64,000 bases of DNA from an uncultured Acidobacteriota bacterium (GCA_963796275.1 CAWCKY010000004.1:672001-736000), one strand, 5' to 3'; positions 41,206 through 54,147 are shown, numbered from the stretch's first letter. Made by a program: numbers and translations. The notes: generated by a model not told the origin, from the sequence alone.

Positions 41206-42618
41206 TTATCTGCCTTTCTTTCGCGGCTTGCGTCGTGCGGTTGACACGCCTGCAGCGGCCAGCATCTGAGGCGTTACTCCCGCAGACCCGACTTCCGAAG
41301 TCACCCCCGACGTCGGTCTGGACGAAGGCTTGGGAGACTCGACGACCGCCGCTCGCACTCTGCCTCTCCAACCTTCCCACCACAGCATCACCGGGCTCGC
41401 GATGTAAACGGTGGAGTAGGTGCCGACGACCACTCCGATGAACAGAGCCCACGAGAAGCTCCTCAGAACTTCGCCCCCGAAGAGCACCAGTGCGAGGACC
41501 GTCAGAAAGGCAGTCCCGTTGGTAATAACCGTCCGCGACAAGGTCTCATTGACCGCATCGTTTGTGATCTTGACCAGACCTTCCCGCCGTTTGGTCCGCA
41601 TTATTTCGCGGATGCGGTCGAAGATAACAATCGTGTCATTCATCGAGAATCCGACCAGCGTGAGCAATGCGGCGATCACCGTCAGATTGACCTCCCACTG
41701 CATGATCGAGAAGATGCCGAGCGTCAACAAAACGTCGTGGAAGACCGCCGTGACGCCACCGATGCCATAGCCCCACGATTTGAACCGGAAAGCGACGAAA
41801 ATCAGTATTCCCGCGCATGCGAAGAGGGTAGCGTAGATCGCGCGATTGCGGAGCTCGCTGCCCACCTGCGGGCTCACCGCCTCGGTACTCTTGATGGCGG
41901 CCTCCCCGGCGAAGAAGTTCTGATCAAACGTCGGCCCGAGTTGCGGGTCGATGCCGCTCAGGTTCTTGATCTCGTCAATGCTTCCGATCAACCCGCTTCG
42001 ATCTTTTTCGCGGTAGTCGACGATCCGGTTAGCGATCTCTCCGTAACGCTCGTCGGCTGATTGTTGACCGCCCGCCCCAAGCTTGAGCGGGTCCAGCTCC
42101 AACAGCTTGGCCTTCAAATCGGTCCGCCCGATAGCGTTGATATCGGTTTTATTCTGCGCGACCGCGGGATCATTGAGCGAGGCAAGCGCAGCGCGAATTA
42201 TCTTCCCGCCGTAGTCCGCGTCGTCCACCGCACTGGCCGCAGTCTGTGATTGCGGCGTGGCAGACTGATCTTTCTCGATCTGCGGTTTATTAGGCAAGCG
42301 GATGAGCACCTCATTCTTAGGCGCCCGGCCGATCTCGTCGCCCACCGGCTGAATGGTGATTTTCTCGCCTTGAATTCCCTGTTTTTCGATCGCCTCGCGG
42401 ATCACCCCGGGGTTCGGAGTCTGCTTGAACTTCGCGTTCACAATGGTGCCGCCCGAAAAATCGACGCCCATATTGAATGGATGGGTGTTAGGGTTGCCAT
42501 CCAGAGCGCGCCACGCAATCGATGCCAGGCCGAGCAATAACACGCCACACGAGATGGCGATGCATATCCATTTCTTGCTCAGGAAATCGTAATTCGTCTG
42601 TTTGAAAATCTCGATCAT
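41206..42618 (-). CDS. secF: protein translocase subunit SecF with periplasmic insertion
   Basis: GVDFSGG, AVFHDV, GFSMNDTIVIFDRIRE, TLSRT, GTYST. Confidence 0.95.
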   Translation of the reverse strand: MIEIFKQTNYDFLSKKWICIAISCGVLLLGLASIAWRALDGNPNTHPFNMGVDFSGGTIVNAKFKQTPNPGVIREAIEKQGIQGEKITIQPVGDEIGRAPKNEVLIRLPNKPQIEKDQSATPQSQTAASAVDDADYGGKIIRAALASLNDPAVAQNKTDINAIGRTDLKAKLLELDPLKLGAGGQQSADERYGEIANRIVDYREKDRSGLIGSIDEIKNLSGIDPQLGPTFDQNFFAGEAAIKSTEAVSPQVGSELRNRAIYATLFACAGILIFVAFRFKSWGYGIGGVTAVFHDVLLTLGIFSIMQWEVNLTVIAALLTLVGFSMNDTIVIFDRIREIMRTKRREGLVKITNDAVNETLSRTVITNGTAFLTVLALVLFGGEVLRSFSWALFIGVVVGTYSTVYIASPVMLWWEGWRGRVRAAVVESPKPSSRPTSGVTSEVGSAGVTPQMLAAAGVSTARRKPRKKGR

Positions 42619-42625
42619 AAGCTTA

Positions 42626-44284
42626 TTAGATGCTGATAGTCTCCGCCCTTCTTCCCCCGCGGTTGAGCACCCAGAGGAACATGGTACGCGAGACGAAGAC
42701 TGCAGTGAAGAGGTTCGCCAACAGACCGATGACGAGGGTTACCGCGAAGCCGCGAATCGGACCGGTGCCGAACAGGTAGAGGATCGCCGCCGAGACCACG
42801 GTGGTCACGTGCGTATCGATGATCGTCACGAAGGCTTTGTTGAAACCCATCTCCATCGAGGCCGATGCAACTCTGCCCACGCGCAATTCGTCGCGGATCC
42901 GCTCGAAGACCAGCACGTTGGCGTCCACCGCCATACCGATGCCGAGAATCACACCCGCGATGCCGGGCAACGTCAGGGTTGCGCCGAACGCGGCGAGCCC
43001 CGCCAGCAGAAGCAATAGGTTGAGAATGAGCGCGATCACGGCATTGAGACCGGAGAGTCGATAGTAAAAGAGCATGAAGCCGGCCACGAAGATCACGCCG
43101 GCGATCAGGGCTATCATCCCCTGTCTGATAGAGTCAGCCCCCAGCGATGGGCCGACGGTTCGCTCCTCGAGATACGCGATCTTTGCCGGCAGGGCGCCTG
43201 ACCTGAGAACCAACCCCAGGTCTTCGGCCTCCTCCCGCGTGAAATTGCCCTCGATCTGGCCGCTGTCAGAAATTCTGTTTTTAATTACAGCCACACTCAT
43301 AAGCTGACCGCCCAGGTCGACGGCGAGGTAGTTGCCGATATTCTTCTCGGTCCATGCCCCAAATATCTCATCGGCTCCCGGCTTGATGCTGAAGGAAACG
43401 TGATGGCCCAGGCCTTGCTGTGAAGGTACGCCGCGCGCATCGCGCAGGTCTGACCCGGAGATGATCGGTGTTTTCTCGAGAATGTAGTACCCCTGATTTA
43501 CGCGCCCGTCCGAGCGCTTTTCATTCAGCGGCAGAACCTCGCGGTCGCTGGGGATCGTTCCACCGAGCGAAGCAACCGCCTCTTCCATCGTGGGATAAAG
43601 CTGCGTACCCGGAACGACCGCTTTCAAGGATAGTTTGGCTTCGACCTTCAGAAGCTCCTTGACCCTCTCGGGATTATCGACGCCGGGCATCTGCACGAGA
43701 ATCTGATGATTCTCCTGGCGGCCGTGCAATTGGATAGTCGGTTCAGCGACCCCGAATTGATCGATTCGCTGTTCAATGATCCGTTTCGCCTGATCGGTCG
43801 CTTCGCGGCGGAATAGATCGGCGGCTGAATTTATGAGCTTGAAACTCACCGTCGGCGGAGAGTCGCTTTGCGTCACTTCCCAGATATCGCTGCCGAATCG
43901 CGGCAGCAACTTGTCTTTGATCTCGGTTTGTCTACTCGCATCGGGAGTCTCGACCACCAGCAGACCATTGGCCACTACCTTGACATCTTTGAATGGGATG
44001 TTCTCTTTCCGCAGCTCGTCGACCGCTTTTTGACGATTGCTCTCAGTGATCGATCCGATATATTCGTCGGCCTTGACCTGCATCAAAAGATGCGTGCCGC
44101 CACGAAGGTCGAGCCCGAGCCGAATATTCTCGGAAAGATTTTGTTTGAGCTTCGCCGGTCTGAAAAAATCGGCTGCCTGTCTCTTATATTCTTTCGGTTT
44201 ATGCCAGGGTCCGAACAAGATGACGAAACAGCTGAGAGTAACAATAACAATTGCGAGTGTACGTGTACGAATATTTTTGCCCAC
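42626..44284 (-). CDS. secD: protein translocase subunit SecD
   Basis: LGLDLRGG, LRSGALPA, VGPSLG, GMAVDANVLVFERIRDE, GPIRGFA. Confidence 0.97.
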   Translation of the reverse strand: MGKNIRTRTLAIVIVTLSCFVILFGPWHKPKEYKRQAADFFRPAKLKQNLSENIRLGLDLRGGTHLLMQVKADEYIGSITESNRQKAVDELRKENIPFKDVKVVANGLLVVETPDASRQTEIKDKLLPRFGSDIWEVTQSDSPPTVSFKLINSAADLFRREATDQAKRIIEQRIDQFGVAEPTIQLHGRQENHQILVQMPGVDNPERVKELLKVEAKLSLKAVVPGTQLYPTMEEAVASLGGTIPSDREVLPLNEKRSDGRVNQGYYILEKTPIISGSDLRDARGVPSQQGLGHHVSFSIKPGADEIFGAWTEKNIGNYLAVDLGGQLMSVAVIKNRISDSGQIEGNFTREEAEDLGLVLRSGALPAKIAYLEERTVGPSLGADSIRQGMIALIAGVIFVAGFMLFYYRLSGLNAVIALILNLLLLLAGLAAFGATLTLPGIAGVILGIGMAVDANVLVFERIRDELRVGRVASASMEMGFNKAFVTIIDTHVTTVVSAAILYLFGTGPIRGFAVTLVIGLLANLFTAVFVSRTMFLWVLNRGGRRAETISI

Positions 44285-44619
44285 TATTTCTTCTCCTCGG
44301 GACCCTCCTGCAGGCCTGTGACGGAGGATCGCGCGACTTCGATCCGCACGACCGGGTTCTCGGAAATCTTGAGGACAAGCTTCCGCTTGTCATCGTTCAG
44401 GCTGACGATTGTCCCGTAGATCCCCCCGCCGGTAACAACCTTATCACCAGGCTTGAGGTCATTGAGCATCTGATCGATGGCGCGTTGTCGTTTACGCTGC
44501 GGAATGATGATCAGAAAGTAAAATAGCACAAAGACCATCAGCATCGGGATCAGTAATTGGAACAGGCCACCACCAGCACCTGTTTGGAACAGAAGCAGAA
44601 CGATTTGTTGTGACATCAC
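44284..44619 (-). CDS. yajC: preprotein translocase subunit YajC
   Basis: FYFLIIIPQRKRQ...LKPGDKVVTGGGIYG; lies between tgt and secD. Confidence 0.95.
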   Translation of the reverse strand: MMSQQIVLLLFQTGAGGGLFQLLIPMLMVFVLFYFLIIIPQRKRQRAIDQMLNDLKPGDKVVTGGGIYGTIVSLNDDKRKLVLKISENPVVRIEVARSSVTGLQEGPEEKK

Positions 44620-44663
44620 CGGGCGGGTTCAACCTTTTCTTCAAACGATATTTGATTTCACCG

Positions 44664-45818
<1,155 letters not shown>

Positions 45819-45924
45819 TGAATGTTGGGAATGATAAACAGGGCAAATAGAAAAGGAACCACGAGAACCACCATTCTGCCCAAATCCATAGACAGATAAA
45901 AAATGTATCTGCTGCGGTCGATCT

Positions 45925-47310
45925 TCATTTTTTTCTGCTCCGCTGTTTGATGCGGATCGGAGTTGCGAAGAAATCGAATGACTCGCGCAGGCGATTGATC
46001 AAGTATCGTTCATAGGAGAAATGGATTTTGGTCTTCGTCCCGCTCGTGAAAAGAACGAAGGTCGGCGGCCGCGTACCCGCCTGCGTCAGATACAGAACCT
46101 TCAATCTGTGGCGAGATGAAATGGTCGCCTTCGGTTGTTCGAGGTGCTCGTGAAAGAATTGGTTCAATTCGCCGGTCGGTATCCGCAGGTTGCGCGCCCG
46201 ATTCGCCTTCGCAATCAGAGCCGGCAATTTCAATACTCGTTGCCCGGTAAGTGCAGACACGAAGGCGAGGGGCGCATATTCGAGAAACTTCATCGCATCA
46301 CGAATCTTTCTTTCGTACTCATTGACGGTGTAGGTATCCTTCTCGATTACATCCCATTTATTTACGACGATTATGAGCGAGCGGCCAGCCTCGTGAGCAT
46401 AGCCGGCTATATGAGCATCGAGGGCGGTCACGCCTTCGACTGCATCGATCAATATCAGCACGACATCGGCCCGCTCAATATGTTTGCGGGCCATGACGAC
46501 CGAGAGTTTCTCGGCCATCTCGCTGGGCTTGCCTTTGCGGCGCATGCCGGCGGTGTCGATCACTCGAAGCCGGAGCGCGCTGCCATCTTCGTCGTGGGTC
46601 TCGAAGACGCTGTCGACTGCGTCGCGGGTGGTGCCCGGGATGGGCGTAACTATCACGCGCTCTTGACCCAGAAGTTTATTGATCAAGGAAGATTTGCCTA
46701 CATTAGGCCGGCCGATGATCGCGACTTTTATCTCGTTCCGATCCTCTGCTATCAACTCGACCTGAGGCAACTGTTCGATGACGGCATCGAGGAGCTCGCC
46801 CATCCCCGCCCCGTGTTCGGCCGAGACCGGAAAAACATCGGCGAATCCGAACCGGTGGAATTCGGCCGCGTGGTCGGCGACGCGCGCCGTGTCGGCTTTG
46901 TTGGCCACCACGAAGACTGGTTTAGCGAGCGTCCGCAAGATTTGCGCGAGTTCTTCATCGAGGGGAGAAATTCCATCCCGAACATCGACGATGAACAATA
47001 GCAGGCCAGCTTCATCGATCGCCGCGCGCGCCTGCTTGAAAATGTTTAAGGGGATCACGGCCTCGTCATCGGGGACTATGCCGCCTGTGTCGATCAGCCT
47101 GAAAGCGGTACCCTGCCATTCGGCTTCGCCATAAATCCGGTCGCGCGTGATCCCCGGCAGGTCGCCGACAATTGATCGGCGCGACCCGATAATACGGTTG
47201 AAAAGAGTCGATTTTCCGACATTCGGGCGGCCGATTATGGCGACGGCGGGCAGCCTGGCGTTCCCGGTCTTAGATTTTTCCTCAGATTCCTGTGGTGCGA
47301 CTTGCGTCAT
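45925..47310 (-). CDS. der: ribosome biogenesis GTPase Der (EngA)
   Basis: Two GRPNVGKS G-domains, DTGG/DTAG, NKAD/NKWD, PPTF KH-like tail. Confidence 0.97.
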   Translation of the reverse strand: MTQVAPQESEEKSKTGNARLPAVAIIGRPNVGKSTLFNRIIGSRRSIVGDLPGITRDRIYGEAEWQGTAFRLIDTGGIVPDDEAVIPLNIFKQARAAIDEAGLLLFIVDVRDGISPLDEELAQILRTLAKPVFVVANKADTARVADHAAEFHRFGFADVFPVSAEHGAGMGELLDAVIEQLPQVELIAEDRNEIKVAIIGRPNVGKSSLINKLLGQERVIVTPIPGTTRDAVDSVFETHDEDGSALRLRVIDTAGMRRKGKPSEMAEKLSVVMARKHIERADVVLILIDAVEGVTALDAHIAGYAHEAGRSLIIVVNKWDVIEKDTYTVNEYERKIRDAMKFLEYAPLAFVSALTGQRVLKLPALIAKANRARNLRIPTGELNQFFHEHLEQPKATISSRHRLKVLYLTQAGTRPPTFVLFTSGTKTKIHFSYERYLINRLRESFDFFATPIRIKQRSRKK

Positions 47311-47460
47311 AATAACTCTTGCATTATCACTATCGTCATAACTCTTGCATTATAGCTATCGATAAAACTATCGATAAATTTAGACAGGATTTACAGGTTT
47401 TTCAAGATTCACCTCGATCCGTTTTTCCTGACAAATGATGTCTATACCAAGGAGAATGAA

Positions 47461-48450
47461 ATGTGCAACCCGAAACTCTTCCCTGCACTGCTGCTCGTTT
47501 TCTTGATCCAGGCAACGGCATTGTCTCAGAACAATGATGCTAAGGCCACCGAGATTCTCAACCAGGCGCGGGCAGCGATAGGCGATCAAGCGAAGTTGAA
47601 TTCACTGCAAAGCCTATCGTTTTCCGGGGCCTCGCGACGCGTGTTCGGCGAGCGCGAGGTGAACGGCGAAATCGAGTTTGAATTGTTGATGCCCGATAAA
47701 ATTAAACGTACCACCACGATCTCATCTGTGTTCCCGGGAACTGATGCTACAACGACCGAAGTTATCAACGGGGACCAGGTGTGGTTCGACTTCATTTCAA
47801 GTAATCCACCGGGAGCCAACGGCCCCGGGGGCGGCCCGCGCGGTCGCATGGGAGGTCCTGGCGGCCCGGGAGGCCCGATCGGGCCGGGAGGAGGCAATCC
47901 GGAAGCGCGCCAGAATATTACCCGCACCGACATTCTTCGGATGTTGCTCGGTATTCTGGTTATCGCACCTATAAAGGCGGATTACTATTACGCCGGCGAA
48001 GCGAAAGCTCCGGATGGGACGGCCCACGTGATCGAGGTCAAAGGGCCGGGCCATTCCGTTTCGCGGGTTTATGTCGACCAGAAAACGCATCGGGTCCTGA
48101 TGGTCAGTTATCGCGGCAGAAATTTTCAAATGATACGCGGCGGTCGAGGTGGCTCTCCCGGTCAAGACCAGGAGCAGGAGCAGGGGCAGGGGCAAAGACA
48201 GGAACCGACGCCGGAAGAGATCGAGAAGAGGCGAAAAGAGAGAGCAGAACAGATGGCCAAGATTCCCGAGGTCGACATTTTCATACGCTTCGGAGAATAC
48301 AAGAACGTCAACGGCCTCAACTTACCTCATCTGATCACGCGTTCGACGGGGAGCAATATCAATGAAGAGCTGACGATCGATAAATACAAGATAAATCCCA
48401 AGCTCAACCCCGACAGGTTTGTAAATCAGGATAAAGAAAAAGCTCCATAG
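47461..48450 (+). CDS. exported hypothetical protein with Gly/Pro-rich inserts
   Basis: Signal peptide, ILNQARAAIG, FGEYKNVNGLNLPH...YKINPKL; overall layout similar to 29496..30365; AGGAG RBS. Confidence 0.8.
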   Translation: MCNPKLFPALLLVFLIQATALSQNNDAKATEILNQARAAIGDQAKLNSLQSLSFSGASRRVFGEREVNGEIEFELLMPDKIKRTTTISSVFPGTDATTTEVINGDQVWFDFISSNPPGANGPGGGPRGRMGGPGGPGGPIGPGGGNPEARQNITRTDILRMLLGILVIAPIKADYYYAGEAKAPDGTAHVIEVKGPGHSVSRVYVDQKTHRVLMVSYRGRNFQMIRGGRGGSPGQDQEQEQGQGQRQEPTPEEIEKRRKERAEQMAKIPEVDIFIRFGEYKNVNGLNLPHLITRSTGSNINEELTIDKYKINPKLNPDRFVNQDKEKAP

Positions 48451-48564
48451 AGGGATTTCCCAAAACACAAGGGGGAACAAAAAGCACGAATCCTCTCGTT
48501 CGTGGTTTTTGCCTTGCGTGTTGCCCGGCGTTCAGGCAGTCAGAAATCGCGTGCGGAAGGGAAA

Positions 48565-48628
48565 GACCGCGTAAACGCGGAACTCCAAGCGAATTCTCGA
48601 ACGATGTTCGGAGTTCCGCCTTCAGGCG
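48565..48628. repeat. REP-like units, same family as 35996-36067
   Basis: GACCGCGTAAACGCGGAACTCCAA is the exact reverse complement of 35998-36021; GTTCGGAGTTCCGCCTTCAGGCG follows. Confidence 0.75.
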
Positions 48629-48659
48629 CGGTGATCCCCCGATCTGGGTAGCGTATGCT

Positions 48660-49706
48660 TCAATGGACTTGCAATTCTTCTCTGACCTTCATCACGCCGC
48701 GCACCATATTCTGTAATTTCATGCGCGCAGCCCAGCGCGCAGTCTGGCTCAAACCGCAATCCGGCGCGAACGACAATCGTTCGGGCGGCGCATGTTTCAA
48801 GCATAAGCGCACCCGATCGGCGACATCATCGGCTCTCTCGATGTAATAACTCTTCACATCGATAATGCCGACCGCAACGTCACGCCGTTCGGCAATTTGT
48901 TTGATAATTTCGATCTCGGCAAATTCGCGGCTCGCCATCTCGAGGTGTAGCTCATCGACGTCGATCTCGAGAAAGGCGGGAATCATCGGCGCATAACTCC
49001 GCCGTCCGACCGCGCGGCCTTTGTAGTTGCCGAAGCAGAGATGGGTCGAAAGCCTGCACCGGCCGACCACCGGCGCCACGGTACGATTGAAAATCTCCAC
49101 GAAGCGCCGCGGGTCTTCCCGGTGCGCGTAGCAGCTCATCGAAGGCTCATCCACCGTGATCTCACGGCATCCGGCGGCAACCAGAGCTTCGAGTTCAGCG
49201 CGCACGATCGGCAACAGAGCCTCGGCGACGGCATAACGATCGGGATATCGTTCGTTCGGAACGAGTCTTCCGCTCAACGTATATGGCCCCGGTACGCTGG
49301 CCTTGAGCGCCGGACCGAAAGGGCCGGAAATTGCGAGCCGCTTGAGACGCTGCCACTCCTCGACGACGCCGAGACCGCGCGCGGCCTTCAATTCGCCGGT
49401 TATCCGGTGTCTGCCGCGCTGATCGTGCGCCGGCGGCCCGAAACGGCGGGCCTGTCCCCTTTCTATTTCCAGCCCTTCCACAAAGCCATAAAACGATAGA
49501 TTGAAATCGAGCCGCGTCTGCTCGCCATCGCTTATGACATCCAAACCAGCCGCGATCTGATCGTGGATCGCCGCAATCACAGCATCTTCCTGCAATTCAA
49601 TCCGGTCATCTACCCCGAACCGGTCGAGATGCGAACAGGCGAATTCGAGCCATCCCGGAAACGGGTAGCTGCCGATGACTGTGGTTCGTAGTGGTCTCTC
49701 TTTCAT
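48660..49706 (-). CDS. cobalamin-independent methionine synthase II-like (single catalytic barrel)
   Basis: TTVIGSYP, GLDVISDGEQ.R, PGPYTL, VDEP, HLCFGN, APDCGL zinc ligands. Confidence 0.88.
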   Translation of the reverse strand: MKERPLRTTVIGSYPFPGWLEFACSHLDRFGVDDRIELQEDAVIAAIHDQIAAGLDVISDGEQTRLDFNLSFYGFVEGLEIERGQARRFGPPAHDQRGRHRITGELKAARGLGVVEEWQRLKRLAISGPFGPALKASVPGPYTLSGRLVPNERYPDRYAVAEALLPIVRAELEALVAAGCREITVDEPSMSCYAHREDPRRFVEIFNRTVAPVVGRCRLSTHLCFGNYKGRAVGRRSYAPMIPAFLEIDVDELHLEMASREFAEIEIIKQIAERRDVAVGIIDVKSYYIERADDVADRVRLCLKHAPPERLSFAPDCGLSQTARWAARMKLQNMVRGVMKVREELQVH

Positions 49707-49831
49707 TCGATAAAAACGCCTCAATCAAAAGTTATAAGAATCCGACAAAAACGAAATGCCGCGGAACAAACGGAACATCACAACATTTCGTCGTTTCGTC
49801 TCGTTTATTTTCGTAATTCACTCCGAGGCTA

Positions 49832-50612
49832 TCAGCTTATGCGCCATCCCGCGTCAACTGTCATCACCTCACCGGTGACAAAACGAGATTCATCGCTCAA
49901 TAAAAACAGGGCTGTGCGCGCGACATCCTCCGGTTCCAGCAAATCCTCACTGAGCGGCTGTTTAATCTTAATGAATTCGAGTATCTCCTGATTCTGTTGC
50001 GCGCGTTCGCTCATCGGCGTGCGCGTGAGGGCGGGCGCGATGGCGTTGACGCGGTATCTTGTGCGGCGCATAGTAGGCCGCCATCGCCTGAGTCAATCCG
50101 ATGATCGCGCTCTTGCTGGTCGCATAGGCATGCGCGGCGAAAAATTTCGGCTCGGGCGAAAAAGCCAGAACGCTCGCCATATTTAAAACAGTTCCGCGGA
50201 ATCCGCATTCATTCACCGTTTGATTGAGCATTACGCGAACGACCTCGCGGGACATCAGAAACGTGCTCTTGAGGTTTGTCTCTATCGTGATATCCCACCC
50301 CGCTTCGCTGCAGTCGTGCAGAGGCCCGTCGCCGAATCTGCGGCCGCTGATTCCGGCAACATTGAAGAGAGCATCGATGCGTTCGTAGCGCGCTACGCAT
50401 CGTTCGACAGCATCAGCCACTTCATCGCTGCGCTTCAGATCAGCCACGTGATACGCGCATCCGAGCTCGCCGGCGAGCGCCCGACAACCAGGCTCGTCCT
50501 GGCCGGCTATGAAGACCTGCGCGCCTTCGCTCACCGCCAATCTGGCAGTGGCGGCGGCTATGCCGGTCGACCCGGTGATCAAACAAATCTTGTTTGGTAG
50601 CCTTTCCCTCAT
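49832..50612 (-). pseudogene. SDR oxidoreductase with +1 frameshift near 50054 (real or sequencing error)
   Basis: ITGSTGI, NVAG, YATSK in one frame; RVNAIAP...VTGEVMTVDAG in the next; AAG ATA C CGC GTC AAC shows one extra base. Confidence 0.85.
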
Positions 50613-50623
50613 CCCTTCTCTCC

Positions 50624-51394
50624 TCACCGATAGAGATGCGCCTGGCTGCGCCGATATGCCTCGTAGAAGCGTTCGAGTTGCTCGGCCGCCCGAGTATCGC
50701 CGACGAACTGATGGCTGGGCAACAGAACGGGCTCAACGCCGCGCTGCACGAGTAACTCAGCGACGCGGCAGCGCAACATATTGATGATCATTCCGCCATT
50801 GACGGTCGAAGTGGGTCCTGTGCGCCACTCCAGGCCTTCGAGCTCAACCACACAATCGCCCGGCGGAGAGCAGTTGTCGATCACCACGTCGGTCACGTCG
50901 ATCAGTTTTTTGCCGGAAGAGTGTGCCGGAACGGACTGCTCGCAATGCAACCGCGAGCAGATTCCGATCACGGGCAATCCGCGTTCACGCGCGCCCATCG
51001 CCATCTCGACTACGACCGGGCGGATGCCGCTCGTTGAAATAACGATGAATGCATCGTGAGGGCCAAACTTAAAGCCCTTCAATATCTCTTCGGCATAGCC
51101 TTCATATTTCTCCAGATATAGCGGGGCGCGCAGGCCGTTCGCGCCGACGATGGAGGCGTGATTCGAAAGCGAGAGTTCAACGAGCGCCACCCACCCCACG
51201 TAACATCCCTGACGCGGCGTCATCTCTTCGCACATCATGCGCGAGTGTCCGTTGCCGAAGAGGAAGACCAGGCCGCCCTGGGCGATGCTACCGGCGCAGA
51301 TTTCCGCCGCTCGCTCGATATTCCCGAGCTGGTTTTCGCGTATCCGATTTAAAAGCGAAATGGTTTGGTCGAAGTAATTAATTCCTGCATTCAT
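50624..51394 (-). CDS. SIS-domain sugar-phosphate isomerase-like protein
   Basis: FLFGNGHS, ISTSG, DVVIDN..PPGD, GPTST. Confidence 0.88.
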   Translation of the reverse strand: MNAGINYFDQTISLLNRIRENQLGNIERAAEICAGSIAQGGLVFLFGNGHSRMMCEEMTPRQGCYVGWVALVELSLSNHASIVGANGLRAPLYLEKYEGYAEEILKGFKFGPHDAFIVISTSGIRPVVVEMAMGARERGLPVIGICSRLHCEQSVPAHSSGKKLIDVTDVVIDNCSPPGDCVVELEGLEWRTGPTSTVNGGMIINMLRCRVAELLVQRGVEPVLLPSHQFVGDTRAAEQLERFYEAYRRSQAHLYR

Positions 51395-51550
51395 AAAGAT
51401 AAAATCAGGGCAAAAACAAAAACACAGAGATCGATTTGTGGATTATATGGGTAAACCAGATTAACAGCGGGAACAAAAGGTTGCGTATGATCTCTTGGTC
51501 GTTGTCCTGTTGTTCCCCATTGAAAGAAGCCATCTTCGGCTCCTCCAGCT

Positions 51551-52621
<1,071 letters not shown>

Positions 52622-52697
52622 AGTTATGTCTTTCCTCGACCGTCTGATCTATTCGAGTATAATCAATTTAGAAAAATTTGGCTCCCAGGAAAACCCG

Positions 52698-54071
52698 ATG
52701 AAAATGCATCTTCTCCTTGTTTTTGCTTTGTATATAGGTTTTATCTCCATAATCGCATCACCCGAGCGGCCACAAACAGCCGGGGCTCAACAATCTGGCA
52801 GAATCAAAGCTCTCGTCGGCGGCACGTTGATCGATGGTTACAGCGGCATGCCGCTGCGCAACAGCGTGGTCATCATTGAAGGCGATCGCATCAAATCCAT
52901 CGGCCAGGCAGGTGCGCTCGCTATCCCGGAGGAGGCCGAAGTGATCTCGACCGAAGGAATGTCAGTAATGCCCGGGCTCTGGGATATGCACGTGCATTTG
53001 ATGATCAACGGCCACAGCGACTATGCGCATTGGGATAAAACCTATCCGCCGATCTTCGGTTCGGTGATCATGCCATCCTCTGCTAAACAACTGTTGTTGG
53101 CGGGTGTCACGAGCGCGCGCGATCTGGGCGGACCTTTGAAGGAGAGCATCGCAGTGCGCGATGCGATCAAGGCGGGCAAGCTCCCCGGCCCGACGATCTA
53201 TGTTTCGGGGCCGTTCATTCAACATGAACCTTACCCCGGGACTGAACAGTTCCGCTGGGGCGTGAGCGGCGCTGACGATGCGCGCGCGAAGGTCCGCAAA
53301 CTGGCGGTAGCTGGGGTCAATTGCATCAAGTTGATCGACCAGGATCAGATGACCATGGATGAGGTTCGCGCCATAGTGGACGAGGCGCACAGGCATAAGC
53401 TACCGGTGGTCGCTCACGCGCACCGGCCGGAAGAGATACGGCGCGGGTTGCAGGTGGGCGTCGATTGTTTCGAGCACACGGGTCTTTCATCCGCCCCCGA
53501 ATATCCAGCGGATGTCATTTCTATGATCCGCGAGCGGACGTCCCAGATGAGCCGGGGACCGCTGTTTTGGACGCCGACGATCGAAGGGCTGTTCAACTAC
53601 GAGTACATCCGCGACAACCCCGAACAATTGGACGATCCGGCCTGGCAAGAAGGGCTGCCACCCAATATCATCGCCGACATCCGGCAGTCTATCGCGCACC
53701 CGGACCGTTTAAGCTATTTTCAACTCAATCCGATTCGCCGCCCTACCCTGGCCAGGAAATTTCATCAACTACGCGAATCGGGAGTTGTTCAATTGATCGG
53801 CACCGACAGCGGCATCCCTATGAAGTTCCACAGCTCGTCGACGTGGAGAGAACTAGATGCCTGGGTGAATATTTTGGAGGTCGACCCGATGCTGACAATT
53901 CGCGCGGCTACCTATTGGCCGGCCGTGGCGATGAAAGCGGAGAAAGACTACGGAACTATCACCGAAGGCAAGTATGCGGACATCATTGCCGTGCGCGGCG
54001 ATGTGCTGCGTTATATTGCGCTGCTCCAGCGCGTGGACATAGTGATCAAACACGGAGTGCGGTATAAATAG
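52698..54071 (+). CDS. exported metal-dependent amidohydrolase
   Basis: PGLWDMHVHL, AGVTSARDLG, VVAHA, FEH, GTDSG, GKYADII; signal peptide from ATG 52698. Confidence 0.9.
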   Translation: MKMHLLLVFALYIGFISIIASPERPQTAGAQQSGRIKALVGGTLIDGYSGMPLRNSVVIIEGDRIKSIGQAGALAIPEEAEVISTEGMSVMPGLWDMHVHLMINGHSDYAHWDKTYPPIFGSVIMPSSAKQLLLAGVTSARDLGGPLKESIAVRDAIKAGKLPGPTIYVSGPFIQHEPYPGTEQFRWGVSGADDARAKVRKLAVAGVNCIKLIDQDQMTMDEVRAIVDEAHRHKLPVVAHAHRPEEIRRGLQVGVDCFEHTGLSSAPEYPADVISMIRERTSQMSRGPLFWTPTIEGLFNYEYIRDNPEQLDDPAWQEGLPPNIIADIRQSIAHPDRLSYFQLNPIRRPTLARKFHQLRESGVVQLIGTDSGIPMKFHSSSTWRELDAWVNILEVDPMLTIRAATYWPAVAMKAEKDYGTITEGKYADIIAVRGDVLRYIALLQRVDIVIKHGVRYK

Positions 54072-54129
54072 TTTTCAGTTTTCAGTTGTGTGGTCTCGCT
54101 TGAAACCGAGAACTGAGAACTGAAAACTA
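54070..54129. repeat. palindromic (GTTTTCA)n heptamer element
   Basis: AGTTTTCAGTTTTCAGTT ... AACTGAGAACTGAAAACT; related to the flanks of 54956-55327. Confidence 0.7.
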
Positions 54130-54147
54130 TTTTCCGAGGAGTGTTTG

